From a virus, in the IMG/VR virus record IMGVR_UViG_3300025576_000001, positions 1 to 64,000 of that record: a DNA stretch of 64,000 bases. The stretch is one strand, 5' to 3'. The notes under the pieces are model-generated. The model had not been told where the DNA came from. It worked only from the letters and a program-made list of their open reading frames with translations, and ran no database searches. Position numbers and translations under genes: made by a program. Of this stretch, positions 28,426 to 38,089 are shown piece after piece (positions within the stretch are counted from its first letter, which is position 1; every line of letters begins with the position of its first letter).

Positions 28426-30288
28426 ATGTCCGACAACACGACACACGTTGAGGGTCTGGACTTCACGGTCCAGGACCACGCGACGGCGCCCGCCGAGCAC
28501 ATGGCGAAGGCGTTCGAGCGCGTTCACCACGCGGCCGAGGCGACGACCCGCAAGCTCGGCGAGATGACCCATCACGCCGCCATGTCGGGGCTGGCGATGG
28601 TGGGACTCGGGTTCGGGTTCCGCGAAGTCGCGAAGTTCGCGGGCGACGCCAATCTCGAACTCGAACACGCGGCCAAGAAGATCGCGGGTGTCCAGTTCGC
28701 GTTCAGCAATTGGAAGGCGGGGACCACCGGACAGGAGAAGTGGAACGAGTCCATGGTGGACGCCTCCCGCATCCTGGCGAAGCTGGAGCCCGCCGAGTCC
28801 AGACTGAAGATGACCAGAGCCGATCTGGCCGAGATCTACAAGTCTCAGGCGATGATGTCGGAGCGGTATCGCCAGAGCGAGGCCCAGCAGCTCGACCTGA
28901 CGGAGAAGCTGGGCGCCACGCAGAAGGTGCTGGGCATCAACGCCGAGGCGGCCGGCGACATGATCGGCCGTGCGGCCATGACGGGCGCCATCCCACTGCG
29001 CAGTCAACTCGGTCGCTATCTGGCGGCCAGTGTCGGCGATCTCAAGAAGTTCAGGCACGAGTCGGAGGCGCTACGGTTCGAGAAGCTCAAGAAGGCGCTG
29101 GGCGACATGCTGCCGGCGGCGGCCGGGATGGGGAAGGGGATCGAGGGCAGCATGTTCGACGCCAAGAAGGCCCTGAACGACTTGACCCGCGACCTGACGG
29201 GGCCGGTATTCCAGCAGGTCACGAAGGACGTGGCCGAGTGGGCGCACAAACTGGCAGAGGTGCGGGAGAACGGCCAGAGCGCGGCGGCCGAATGGGGCGG
29301 GAAGCTCGTGACGGCGTTTGGCTACCTGAAGGACGCGACGGTGTTCATCGCCGACCACTGGAAGACCATCGCGGGCATCTGGGTCGCGACGAAGCTCACT
29401 GGGGGGCTACAGGGGCTCTCGACGAAATTCGGCGCGGCGGGAGCAGCGGCGGGCGGCGCAAGCGCGACCGGCACAATGAACGTCTCGGCCGGCGTCGTGA
29501 ACGTGTCGGGTGGCGCCGCCGCGGCCCTGGGCGGGACGACGGCCGCGGCCATCGGCGACAAGCTGAAGCCAGGACTCGCCAGCACGGTGGGGAAGCTGGC
29601 GGGCTTTGCCGCGAAGGCCGGCATGGTCACGGAAGCGCTTGGCGGGCTCTATCTGGGGCTCCAAGCCGCCGCCACCGAGCTGGACGAGTGGCACACCAAG
29701 AGCATCAACAGGGACGCGCAGTTCGGAGAGGGCAGCGCGATCCGAGGCGGACTAGGCGCCAACGCGGCCGAGGCCATCCAGGCGTTCCGCGAGGCCGCCG
29801 ACAAGGACCTGCAGGCGGGAAGCGAAAGCCTCGCGACCGCCAAGGCCGCCAAAGCCGCCTACACGAAACTACGCGGCGTCTACGGCGCCGGGGTCATCGG
29901 CGAGGGAGGGAAGGTCAACATCGAGGCCGCCAAGGACGCCTACGGCGCGATGGACCTGGAGACGCGAAAGAAGCAACTCTCTGGCCTCGGGCTTGACATC
30001 GATAAAGCCTGGTACAACACCGACCAAGTGCAGACGGCGTTCGCCGACCGACTCGCGCAGGTGTTGGCGACACTGCTGGGGGCTGGCGCAAACGCGCCCG
30101 GCGCGACCGCCGATAGCAAGAAGAAGCTCACGGCCGCGCCCGTCACTCAGATCAACGTCGCCCACATGGAGATCACGCAAGAGTTCAAGCAGTCCGATCC
30201 CGACCGCGTCTTCCACAATGTCCCGCGTGACATCGCCGACATGCTGCGGAACCCACGCGGTAGCAACATTCCGCCGGTGCCAGGATGA
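28426..30288 (+). CDS. tape measure protein
   Basis: Ala/Gly-rich helical 620 aa after chaperone; FTVQDHAT start. Confidence 0.8.
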   Translation: MSDNTTHVEGLDFTVQDHATAPAEHMAKAFERVHHAAEATTRKLGEMTHHAAMSGLAMVGLGFGFREVAKFAGDANLELEHAAKKIAGVQFAFSNWKAGTTGQEKWNESMVDASRILAKLEPAESRLKMTRADLAEIYKSQAMMSERYRQSEAQQLDLTEKLGATQKVLGINAEAAGDMIGRAAMTGAIPLRSQLGRYLAASVGDLKKFRHESEALRFEKLKKALGDMLPAAAGMGKGIEGSMFDAKKALNDLTRDLTGPVFQQVTKDVAEWAHKLAEVRENGQSAAAEWGGKLVTAFGYLKDATVFIADHWKTIAGIWVATKLTGGLQGLSTKFGAAGAAAGGASATGTMNVSAGVVNVSGGAAAALGGTTAAAIGDKLKPGLASTVGKLAGFAAKAGMVTEALGGLYLGLQAAATELDEWHTKSINRDAQFGEGSAIRGGLGANAAEAIQAFREAADKDLQAGSESLATAKAAKAAYTKLRGVYGAGVIGEGGKVNIEAAKDAYGAMDLETRKKQLSGLGLDIDKAWYNTDQVQTAFADRLAQVLATLLGAGANAPGATADSKKKLTAAPVTQINVAHMEITQEFKQSDPDRVFHNVPRDIADMLRNPRGSNIPPVPG

Positions 30289-31610
30289 CGACCTTCGCCG
30301 AACAAAACGCGCAGGGCAACGCCTCCGACCAGGACTCGACCTCGCAGGGCCACGTCCAGATCATCCCGCTCGAAGGCACGCTGCCCACCATCGACCTGTG
30401 GGCCAGCGCGTTGCCGCTCAAGGGGATGGAGTTCCCAGGCGAGCAACGAATCTCGACGGGATACTACGTCGGCAACCCGGTGGCGACGCAGCAGCTCGGC
30501 GGCCCCACGAAACCGCCCAGCACGTGGATGGGGCATTGGATGGACGTCGACCTGGGCGAAGGTGGCGCCCGCGCACTGGTGCTCCAGTTCGAGAACCTGC
30601 GGGATCTCGGGATCCCGGTCGAGGTCCGCTGGGGTGGGCGGAACCTCGCGGCCGGCGAAGACCCGGCGGTGGTTCGCCGCGGTCTCATCAAGAAGTTCAC
30701 GCCGAAGTACAATCGGCTCCAGGACGTCGAGTGGACGTGCGAGTGGGCGTGGCGAGGCGAGACCCAGCAGACGAAGCCGCCCACGTTCGCGTCCGATTCG
30801 TTCGCGACCAGCAACGACTTCTCGGCTCTCCAGGACCAACTGGTCACTACTCAGGCCGACACTGAATCGTGGATGGACGTCGCATGGGGCATCCTCGGGA
30901 CTGGTGCCAACGCGATGCTGACCGTCTCGGACGCGCTCGACGACGTGCAAAGTTCCATCGCGAGCGGCATCAACTTGATCGACGGTGCCAGCGACATGCT
31001 GTCACAGATGGCCAGCCTGCCGAGCAACATCGCCGATCGCGTGCGCGGCATCTGTGCCCGCATCATCATCGCGTGCGCGAACGGCCGCGCAGCCCTGGGG
31101 GAGTTCTGCGGGCTCTGGCCTGGCGTCGAGGGCATCGCGACTGGCCAGGACATCACGGCGACGGGTGCGTTCATCAACCAGCAGGCCGGGCAGGCGAAGC
31201 TGGCGATGTTTCCGCACGACGATCCGCTGGAGCACCTCGACGGGCAGACGGCACAGTACGACCTGATCCGGTCCTGGGATCTGCTGGCCCAGCAGGCTGC
31301 CACGGCCTCGGCGACCATCGCGAGCCAGCAGGTCCCGGACATTATCGCGATCGTGAGACCGGCGGCCGGGACGGACCTGCGGGATCTCGCCGTCACCTAC
31401 TACGGCAACGCGGACGACTGGATAGCGATCGCCGACTACAATGACCTCGACAGCTCGGAGGTGCCCGCGACCGCGTCCGGTCCTAGCGACGACGGAGCGC
31501 CGCCAATCTACATTCCTCGCCTGACGAGCGACGTGGCGCTGCTCAATGATCTGTGGGGCGACAGCGGCACCACGACTTCTACATCCGGCTCGGGGGTGCC
31601 GTCGTCGTGA
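30285..31610 (+). CDS. tail tube initiator/baseplate protein with C-terminal LysM-like domain
   Basis: DLRDLAVTYYGNADDWIAIADYNDL..IYIP. Confidence 0.7.
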   Translation: MTTFAEQNAQGNASDQDSTSQGHVQIIPLEGTLPTIDLWASALPLKGMEFPGEQRISTGYYVGNPVATQQLGGPTKPPSTWMGHWMDVDLGEGGARALVLQFENLRDLGIPVEVRWGGRNLAAGEDPAVVRRGLIKKFTPKYNRLQDVEWTCEWAWRGETQQTKPPTFASDSFATSNDFSALQDQLVTTQADTESWMDVAWGILGTGANAMLTVSDALDDVQSSIASGINLIDGASDMLSQMASLPSNIADRVRGICARIIIACANGRAALGEFCGLWPGVEGIATGQDITATGAFINQQAGQAKLAMFPHDDPLEHLDGQTAQYDLIRSWDLLAQQAATASATIASQQVPDIIAIVRPAAGTDLRDLAVTYYGNADDWIAIADYNDLDSSEVPATASGPSDDGAPPIYIPRLTSDVALLNDLWGDSGTTTSTSGSGVPSS

Positions 31611-33796
31611 GCGAGCCTCGCCTTTATCGCCCAGCGTGGTTTATGCGTCTCTACGTCCGTCTGGAGGACTTCGGACAGACCGACGACTCCAGCGCGCAGG
31701 ACGGATCGAAACCCTACGGCGACGCCTCGACGACGCAACTCACGCAGTCGGCCGCCACCGAAAGCCAGCTCGCACAGGAGTCGGCTGGCGGTGGGTACTG
31801 TACGGCGACCCGCGCGAGTCTGATGTCGCTGTCGAGCCAACTTCAGCGCAGCGTCGCCAAGGGCAGCACGAAGTCGTCGGCGGGCGACAACGGCAAGGCC
31901 GACGAGTTCTCGGTAAATTTCGTCACAGCCCCCATGGAGTTGTCGATCGAAGACAAGGGTTTCCGCGAGGCGGACGTCCTGGAGGCGTCGTTCCCGTTCG
32001 TCGACATGCCGCTGAATCCGTTGATCGTGCGCGAGATTCGCGTCGAGGGCTGGGTCGGGACCGTGAAGGCTGTCGACTTCGCGAGCCCGCAGAACTGGCA
32101 CCTCGAACCCCGCATGTCGAAGACCAGTGTGCTGCGGTTCAACGGCTACGTGGACCTGCCCGAGATGGAAGCCGACGAGAACGCCAACACGGTCCACGTC
32201 AAGGCGCGCAGCTATATCGCGGTTCTCATCGACGGCAAGATCAACCCGCACGCCAAGGCGTACCGAATCCAGGGCACTGAGGAGAAGCTGACCGCCTATA
32301 TCAACCGCATCCTGTCGCTGTACCCGCCGACCTCGGGCGACACCGGCGGCGACCCTTTCCGTGCCTACTGGTACGCGAGCCCGGCCGAGAAGGAGCCGAC
32401 GCTTGGCGCGAAGACGCTCTACCGCTCGCTCCAGACGGCCAAGAGCCGAAACCAGAACGCGGGCCAGCCGCAGACCCAGCAGGCCAACTCGCAAGCCGAT
32501 CCGGCCAATGAAGGGGCTGACCCCCAGGGCCAGGGCGGAACCGCCGGCACCGCCACGATGCCCCCCAAGGCGGTGAGCGACGACGGCATGAGCATCTGGG
32601 ATCTCATCACACAGGCGTGCGAGTTGTGCGGTGTCCTGCCGATGTACAAGCCCAGCCTGCCGCCGTTCCCGGACCCAACCGCTGGCCAGGTATTCGGCGC
32701 TCTAGCGGCCACGGGAGGACCCAGCCTGACCAGCGCGGTCCCGATGATCGACCCGGCGAATTGTCTGCTCATCACACCCCCCGAGGCGTTCGCCGACGAC
32801 GTGTCGAGCGCGACTCAGATCGCCGGAGGCGCACGGGATGGGTTTTCCCGCCAGTTCACGAAGGACGGCGGCGGCATCATCAAGTCAGACGTCCGCTTCA
32901 TGGTCTGGGGCCACAACTTGAGCAAGATGAAGCTGGCCCGCCAGATGGGGAAGTTGCGACCCGCTGGTGTCGAGGTACGCGGCTACAACATCGACGCCGA
33001 CACGCCCGCGTTGGTGGCACGATTCCCCAAGCACAACCCGAAGAAGCCCAAGGGCAAGGGACGCTCCGCCCACAAGATGACCGAGAAGGGGGGCGGCAAG
33101 ATCGACGTGATCCGCACATTCGTCATGAAGGGCGTGCGGAATCAGCAGATGCTCGACGATGCCGCCAAGTCGATCTACCAGCAGCTCTGCCGGCCCGAGC
33201 TGACGATGAGCCTGGAGACCGACGAACTGGCCAGCTACATCGACCCCGCGGCGTCCATGCAGGCCGGCAGCCTCGTCGAGAATCACAACGACAACCCCGA
33301 CATCTTGCGGCTCTGCGCCGGCACGCCCGTGCATGTCGTGGTGGCGAAGAAGTCGACGAATCCGAACGACCTCACGATCTGTAGCCTCTCGGAGTTCTAC
33401 GACCTTGGGGGCGATCAGATCACGGAACTGCTGACCAAGCAAAACGACCGCTGGGGCGCGTTTCGCGTCGACGGGACGATGGGCCAGCAGAGTATCGAGG
33501 CCACGGCGCGAAAGATTCAGGCGGCGTACCGGGCGGCACGGCTCCCGAGCGTCTACTACTGCAAGGCCATCCGGCTGCAATTCAAAGCCGAGGACGAGTT
33601 CTTCCACTGTTCGATGGAGCTGGCGAACTACATGCCGGTCAACGACCCGTCCAATATGGACGCCGACACGCAGGCCGCGAACGACGAGCGCAAGAAGAAG
33701 CCGACCTCACTGGCCGATAAGCAGGCGGCGGCACAGGCCCAGACGACGGCCGCCATCACCGACCGGGTCGGTCGCCAATCCACGGGGGGCATCTGA
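31607..33796 (+). CDS. baseplate hub protein
   Basis: Position; SIWDLITQACELCG motif. Confidence 0.65.
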   Translation: MSEPRLYRPAWFMRLYVRLEDFGQTDDSSAQDGSKPYGDASTTQLTQSAATESQLAQESAGGGYCTATRASLMSLSSQLQRSVAKGSTKSSAGDNGKADEFSVNFVTAPMELSIEDKGFREADVLEASFPFVDMPLNPLIVREIRVEGWVGTVKAVDFASPQNWHLEPRMSKTSVLRFNGYVDLPEMEADENANTVHVKARSYIAVLIDGKINPHAKAYRIQGTEEKLTAYINRILSLYPPTSGDTGGDPFRAYWYASPAEKEPTLGAKTLYRSLQTAKSRNQNAGQPQTQQANSQADPANEGADPQGQGGTAGTATMPPKAVSDDGMSIWDLITQACELCGVLPMYKPSLPPFPDPTAGQVFGALAATGGPSLTSAVPMIDPANCLLITPPEAFADDVSSATQIAGGARDGFSRQFTKDGGGIIKSDVRFMVWGHNLSKMKLARQMGKLRPAGVEVRGYNIDADTPALVARFPKHNPKKPKGKGRSAHKMTEKGGGKIDVIRTFVMKGVRNQQMLDDAAKSIYQQLCRPELTMSLETDELASYIDPAASMQAGSLVENHNDNPDILRLCAGTPVHVVVAKKSTNPNDLTICSLSEFYDLGGDQITELLTKQNDRWGAFRVDGTMGQQSIEATARKIQAAYRAARLPSVYYCKAIRLQFKAEDEFFHCSMELANYMPVNDPSNMDADTQAANDERKKKPTSLADKQAAAQAQTTAAITDRVGRQSTGGI

Positions 33797-34527
33797 TGCC
33801 GCACGCATTCGGCACCGCGATTCGGCGGAACATCGATCCCCACGCGCTCGGCAAGGCGATCGCGCAGCCGGGGCTTGACCAGCGCTACTGGTGCAGCCAG
33901 GCGATCGTCGCCACCGTCGACACCGAGACGGGCGAGATAGACCCGACGGACAACCACGCGATCTACTGTGACAGTGCGGGCGTCGACGTGGACGTGGAGT
34001 TGCAGCCGCTCGGCCAGCCCTGTACCTGCAAATACGCCGGCATTTCGGCGGGCGACGTGACGATCTACGCGCCGATCCGACCCGGCGATCTCGTGCTGGC
34101 GGAGTGCCCCGACGGCGACCTGACGACGCCCGTCATCACCCACATCTTTCACAGCCGCTCGCGCCGTCAGCCCGTCAGCGGCGGGAAGCCCATCTTCGAC
34201 AACAACCGCTTGCTCGTCTACGCCAAGAATGTCCCGATCGACATCCGCAACGCGGGCGGCGTCCAGGTGTTGATCGAGCAGGATGGAACCGTCACGACGA
34301 CCGCCAAGGCGATCAAGCAGGGCGACTCATCGGCGAGCCAGCACGTCATGCACGGGGAGGCGTTCACGAGCGACCTGAACCAAGCAGTGCAGGACATCCT
34401 TGCGGACCTCACGACGGCGTTTACGACGCTGGGGCTCGGCGCTCCGACGTCGACGGCATCCATCGGAACGCTGGTGGCCGGTATCGCGGCCGGCACGTAC
34501 CTCTCGACGAAAGTGACCGCCTCATGA
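33796..34527 (+). CDS. baseplate spike (gpV-like)
   Basis: APIRPGDLVLAECPDGD OB-fold motif; beta-strand repeats. Confidence 0.7.
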   Translation: MPHAFGTAIRRNIDPHALGKAIAQPGLDQRYWCSQAIVATVDTETGEIDPTDNHAIYCDSAGVDVDVELQPLGQPCTCKYAGISAGDVTIYAPIRPGDLVLAECPDGDLTTPVITHIFHSRSRRQPVSGGKPIFDNNRLLVYAKNVPIDIRNAGGVQVLIEQDGTVTTTAKAIKQGDSSASQHVMHGEAFTSDLNQAVQDILADLTTAFTTLGLGAPTSTASIGTLVAGIAAGTYLSTKVTAS

Positions 34528-35081
34528 GTGCCACCGGCGTCGCAATGGGGAACGCGATCCTGGCGTACAACCAGGCGGCGAGTGCTGCCTTTTTCGCTGC
34601 CCCCGGGAAGAAGAAACCGACCCCGGCGGACTACGCGCAGTTGAACGTCTTGCTGACGCAGGCGCAGGGCAATGCCATCGTCGACAATCTGCCGGCACCG
34701 GGAACGACTGGCGGCGTGTCGGCCGTGGCGGCGGTGAATCTTCTGCCGGGCCAGCCGGTCTATGTCAACGGCACCACGGGGCAACTCGGGCTCGCGAGTG
34801 CATCCGTCTACGTGACCAGCTTTGTCGCTGGCCTGGTAGTCGCCGCGACTGCCGCCGGTTTCATTGCGGATCTAGCGACCGACGTTCTCACGTTGCAGGA
34901 CTGGACGGCCATTACAGGCAGCGCGTCTCTGCAGCCTGGTCAGGACTATTTTCTAGGCACGACCCCCGGCACGCTCTCGCTTATCGCTCCGACCGTGCAA
35001 GGACAGACGGCCACGCCGGTCGGGAAATCCGTTTCGACGACTCAACTTCTCATTCAACCCGGTCAACCAATTTTGCTCTGA
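34524..35081 (+). CDS. virion structural protein
   Basis: LQPGQDYFL...PGTL...VGKSVS module shared with the next gene. Confidence 0.55.
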   Translation: MSATGVAMGNAILAYNQAASAAFFAAPGKKKPTPADYAQLNVLLTQAQGNAIVDNLPAPGTTGGVSAVAAVNLLPGQPVYVNGTTGQLGLASASVYVTSFVAGLVVAATAAGFIADLATDVLTLQDWTAITGSASLQPGQDYFLGTTPGTLSLIAPTVQGQTATPVGKSVSTTQLLIQPGQPILL

Positions 35082-35091
35082 AAGGATCATC

Positions 35092-35586
35092 ATGGCAACT
35101 CGCACTCCTCTCGTCATCGGGGCCAATGGGCTCATCCAGCAATTGCAGGCCGGCGATACGCTCGGCAGTATCGCAGCCGCCAAGTACAACAACGAGGTCT
35201 TTACGAACGGGGAAAGTTCGGCCGCCCTCGTGATCGGCGCGCCCGTCTACGATTCGGCCGCCGGTTCCGTGAAGCGCGCCGAGGCCAATGCTGCCGCCAC
35301 GGCGAGCGTAACGGGGCTGTGGGTCGATGCCAGCACGTCCGCCAGCACTTCCGGCAATTGTGCTGTCGGCGGCATCCTGACCGCAACCACGACCCAGTGG
35401 GACGCGGTGGTGACGGGCGAAAGCGGCGGCCTGACGTTCCAGTCGTATTATTTCCTTGACCCCGCAAACGTGGGGAAGTTGACGACGACGGTTCCCTCGA
35501 CCGTCGGGCAGCTCTTAGTTCTGGTCGGGCAGGCCATGAGCGCCACGGACATGCGGCTGATTCTCGCAGCGCCAATCCAACTCTAG
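35092..35586 (+). CDS. virion structural protein
   Basis: GAPVY..GLTFQSYYFL..GKLT..VGQAMS. Confidence 0.55.
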   Translation: MATRTPLVIGANGLIQQLQAGDTLGSIAAAKYNNEVFTNGESSAALVIGAPVYDSAAGSVKRAEANAAATASVTGLWVDASTSASTSGNCAVGGILTATTTQWDAVVTGESGGLTFQSYYFLDPANVGKLTTTVPSTVGQLLVLVGQAMSATDMRLILAAPIQL

Positions 35587-35589
35587 GCC

Positions 35590-36141
35590 ATGGCCAACCG
35601 AGCCCCACTCGTCATCGGAAGCAACGGACTGCCCCAGCAGGCGCAGTCAGGCGACGGCGTTGCATTTCCGGGCACCGTCGCGCCCTCGACCACCAAGGGC
35701 ATCGTCGGCACGACCGGGGCCGACAACGCCCAGGCCGGCAGCGTGGGGGAGGCCATCACGGCAACGGTCGCCACCGGGTCATCCATCTCGCTCACGTCGG
35801 TCACGAGCGCCAACGTGACCAACATCGCGTTGACGGCTGGCGATTGGGACGTGTGGGGATGCGTCTGCTTTACCTTGGCCAGCACGACCACCATGGGCTA
35901 CCTGAGCGGCGGCATCAACTCGACATCGGCCGCGCTGCCCGCCAACAATGCAGGCGTCGGGACGCTGGTCGGAGCGGGAACGAACGCCGTGGTGGATGTG
36001 ACCGTTGACCCGGTTGTGTCCATCGCGCCCATTCGGGTCAACATCTCGGCAAGCACAACCTACTACCTCGTCGCCCGGGCGAAATTTGGCACCTCGACCT
36101 GCAAGGCATACGGGACCATTTACGCGAGGCGCCGCCGATGA
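35590..36141 (+). CDS. virion structural protein
   Basis: NAQAGSVGE, LTAGDWDVWG, IYARRRR, as in fibre-associated domains. Confidence 0.55.
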   Translation: MANRAPLVIGSNGLPQQAQSGDGVAFPGTVAPSTTKGIVGTTGADNAQAGSVGEAITATVATGSSISLTSVTSANVTNIALTAGDWDVWGCVCFTLASTTTMGYLSGGINSTSAALPANNAGVGTLVGAGTNAVVDVTVDPVVSIAPIRVNISASTTYYLVARAKFGTSTCKAYGTIYARRRR

Positions 36142-36983
36142 TCTCCAACCCATTCGCTCGCGCGGGCTTCGAGCAAGGCGGCCAGCAGACCGGCAGCGGC
36201 GGGTCTTTCCACGTCGCCCGGGCCATCAGCGTGGGCGGCCAGATCATCCGCGTGGTATTCAGCAGCCCCCCAAAGGCCAAGAGTTCGGGCGCGCCAGACG
36301 ATGCCCTGAATGCCGCCAACTACCAAGTCTCGGTCACGACCGGAACCGGCGATACTCCGCAGTCCATCGCGACCTTCGCGACCGTGACGCTCTGGCCAGC
36401 CTTCGGGCTGCGTGCGGCTGGCGAGGCGTCAATTGACCTCCAGGTAGACCGTCCCCTCATCGTCGGCATGAGCTACACAGTGACGGCCTCGCACGCCTTG
36501 GTGGCGGCCGACGGGACGCCGATCGGCTCGCCCTACGGTTGGACGTTCAGCGGCTCCGCCAGGCCCATCCGCAAGCGGCAACAGCGCCGCGTGATCGGGC
36601 TGGTGGACTTCGCCAGCGACCCCTTCACGGGCGGGATTGCGGTCGACAAGTCGGGCGACTGGGCCAGCCAGGAGGGCGCGTCGGGAACCCGCAAGCGTAT
36701 CTGGCGGATCGCCCTCACGCCGTTCGGCGCGTTCTCGTTCCTGTCGAACTTCGGTCTCAAATACGACATCAAGAAGCCCGGAACCCTCAGCATCCTGGGC
36801 AGCCTGCGCACCGAGCTGAAACAGCAACTCCTGCAACAGCCCGACGTGAAGGACGCCAGTTCGTCAGTCACGATGGACCAGCGCGGGTTTCTTACCCTCA
36901 CGATCAATGCGCAGACCACGACGGGTCAGAAGCTCTCTGAGACCGTGCAGGCAACCCCCAGCGGAATGGTAACGACCCAATGA
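36138..36983 (+). CDS. Ig-like domain plus gp25/GpW-like baseplate wedge protein
   Basis: IRVVFS..ALNAANY Ig-like; SGDW...NFGL...QQPDV; precedes baseplate J. Confidence 0.6.
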   Translation: MISNPFARAGFEQGGQQTGSGGSFHVARAISVGGQIIRVVFSSPPKAKSSGAPDDALNAANYQVSVTTGTGDTPQSIATFATVTLWPAFGLRAAGEASIDLQVDRPLIVGMSYTVTASHALVAADGTPIGSPYGWTFSGSARPIRKRQQRRVIGLVDFASDPFTGGIAVDKSGDWASQEGASGTRKRIWRIALTPFGAFSFLSNFGLKYDIKKPGTLSILGSLRTELKQQLLQQPDVKDASSSVTMDQRGFLTLTINAQTTTGQKLSETVQATPSGMVTTQ

Positions 36984-38089
36984 GCGCCATGTTCGTTTCA
37001 CGCGCCGATTTGTTCTCCGTTGGTCGCGCCGCCATCGCGGGCACGCCTGGCATCCGCATCAACCCAGCCGTCATCGACATTCCTGGCAGCGATCTCAACC
37101 TCGCGGTCGGCGTCGATGCCGTCCTGGGCGAAGAGGTGTCGATGCGGTCCGCCTATGCGATGCGGGGCGCGTTCGCGGAGCTGGCGCGCGGCAATCAGCT
37201 CGACCGGGTCATCTACGACCGCTCGGGACTCCTGCGGTTCGGTGCCACACCGTCCAGCGTGGACCCGGTGTTGAGCCGACCGACCTCCACGAATGGCGCG
37301 GGAACCTACAAGGCCGGGTCGGTCGTCCAGACGGCAGATGGCACGCAGTTTGGCCTTGACAACGACGCCGTGTTCGGAGTTGCAGACCTGAGCGTGACGG
37401 TCTCGGCGACGGCCGTGACCTCGGGCGCCGATACCAATGTTGCGCCGGGCACCGTGACCGGCTTCTCGACTGCGCCCTTCGACTCGACCCTGACGGTCAC
37501 GAACCCAGCGAGCGCGGCCGGCGGGACCGACGCCGAGAGCGACATCGCGTTCCTGGGGCGATACCGCGGCTACTTCCCGACGTTGTCGAGAGGCACGATG
37601 GGTGCCATCGAGTACGCGGCCACGCAGGTGCCGGGCGTCGCGGTCGCGACCGCAACCGAGATCGTGAACCCCAACAGCGGCTACCCCGCATCCATCGTGC
37701 AGTTGGTGATCGGGGACGCAAGCGGCAACTCCACCAGCGACATGGTGACGGCCGTGGCCAACATGCTGCTCACCTACCGCGCGGGGGGAATTTTCGTTCA
37801 AGTTTTGACCGGCTCGGTATTCCAGCAGACCGTCACGTGGTCGCTGGCGTTCGAGACTGGAGTCAACGAAGCCCTCGCCCAGTCGCGCGTTCGAGCGGTG
37901 TCCGTGGCGGCCAGCCAGTTCCTCGCGCCGGGCGCCACGCTCTACAAGTCGACCCTCATCAGCGCGGCCAAGAAAGTGCCGGGCGTCATCATCAGCGACA
38001 GCTCGCTCGTCTATCCCTTGGGCGACGTCGAAACCACCAGCCCGGGCCAGATGATCCGAGTGGCATCAACGGCGGTGACTTTTCAATGA
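36980..38089 (+). CDS. baseplate J-like protein
   Basis: NPASAAGGTDAESD..R, RGT..AIEYAA..VPGV. Confidence 0.85.
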   Translation: MSAMFVSRADLFSVGRAAIAGTPGIRINPAVIDIPGSDLNLAVGVDAVLGEEVSMRSAYAMRGAFAELARGNQLDRVIYDRSGLLRFGATPSSVDPVLSRPTSTNGAGTYKAGSVVQTADGTQFGLDNDAVFGVADLSVTVSATAVTSGADTNVAPGTVTGFSTAPFDSTLTVTNPASAAGGTDAESDIAFLGRYRGYFPTLSRGTMGAIEYAATQVPGVAVATATEIVNPNSGYPASIVQLVIGDASGNSTSDMVTAVANMLLTYRAGGIFVQVLTGSVFQQTVTWSLAFETGVNEALAQSRVRAVSVAASQFLAPGATLYKSTLISAAKKVPGVIISDSSLVYPLGDVETTSPGQMIRVASTAVTFQ

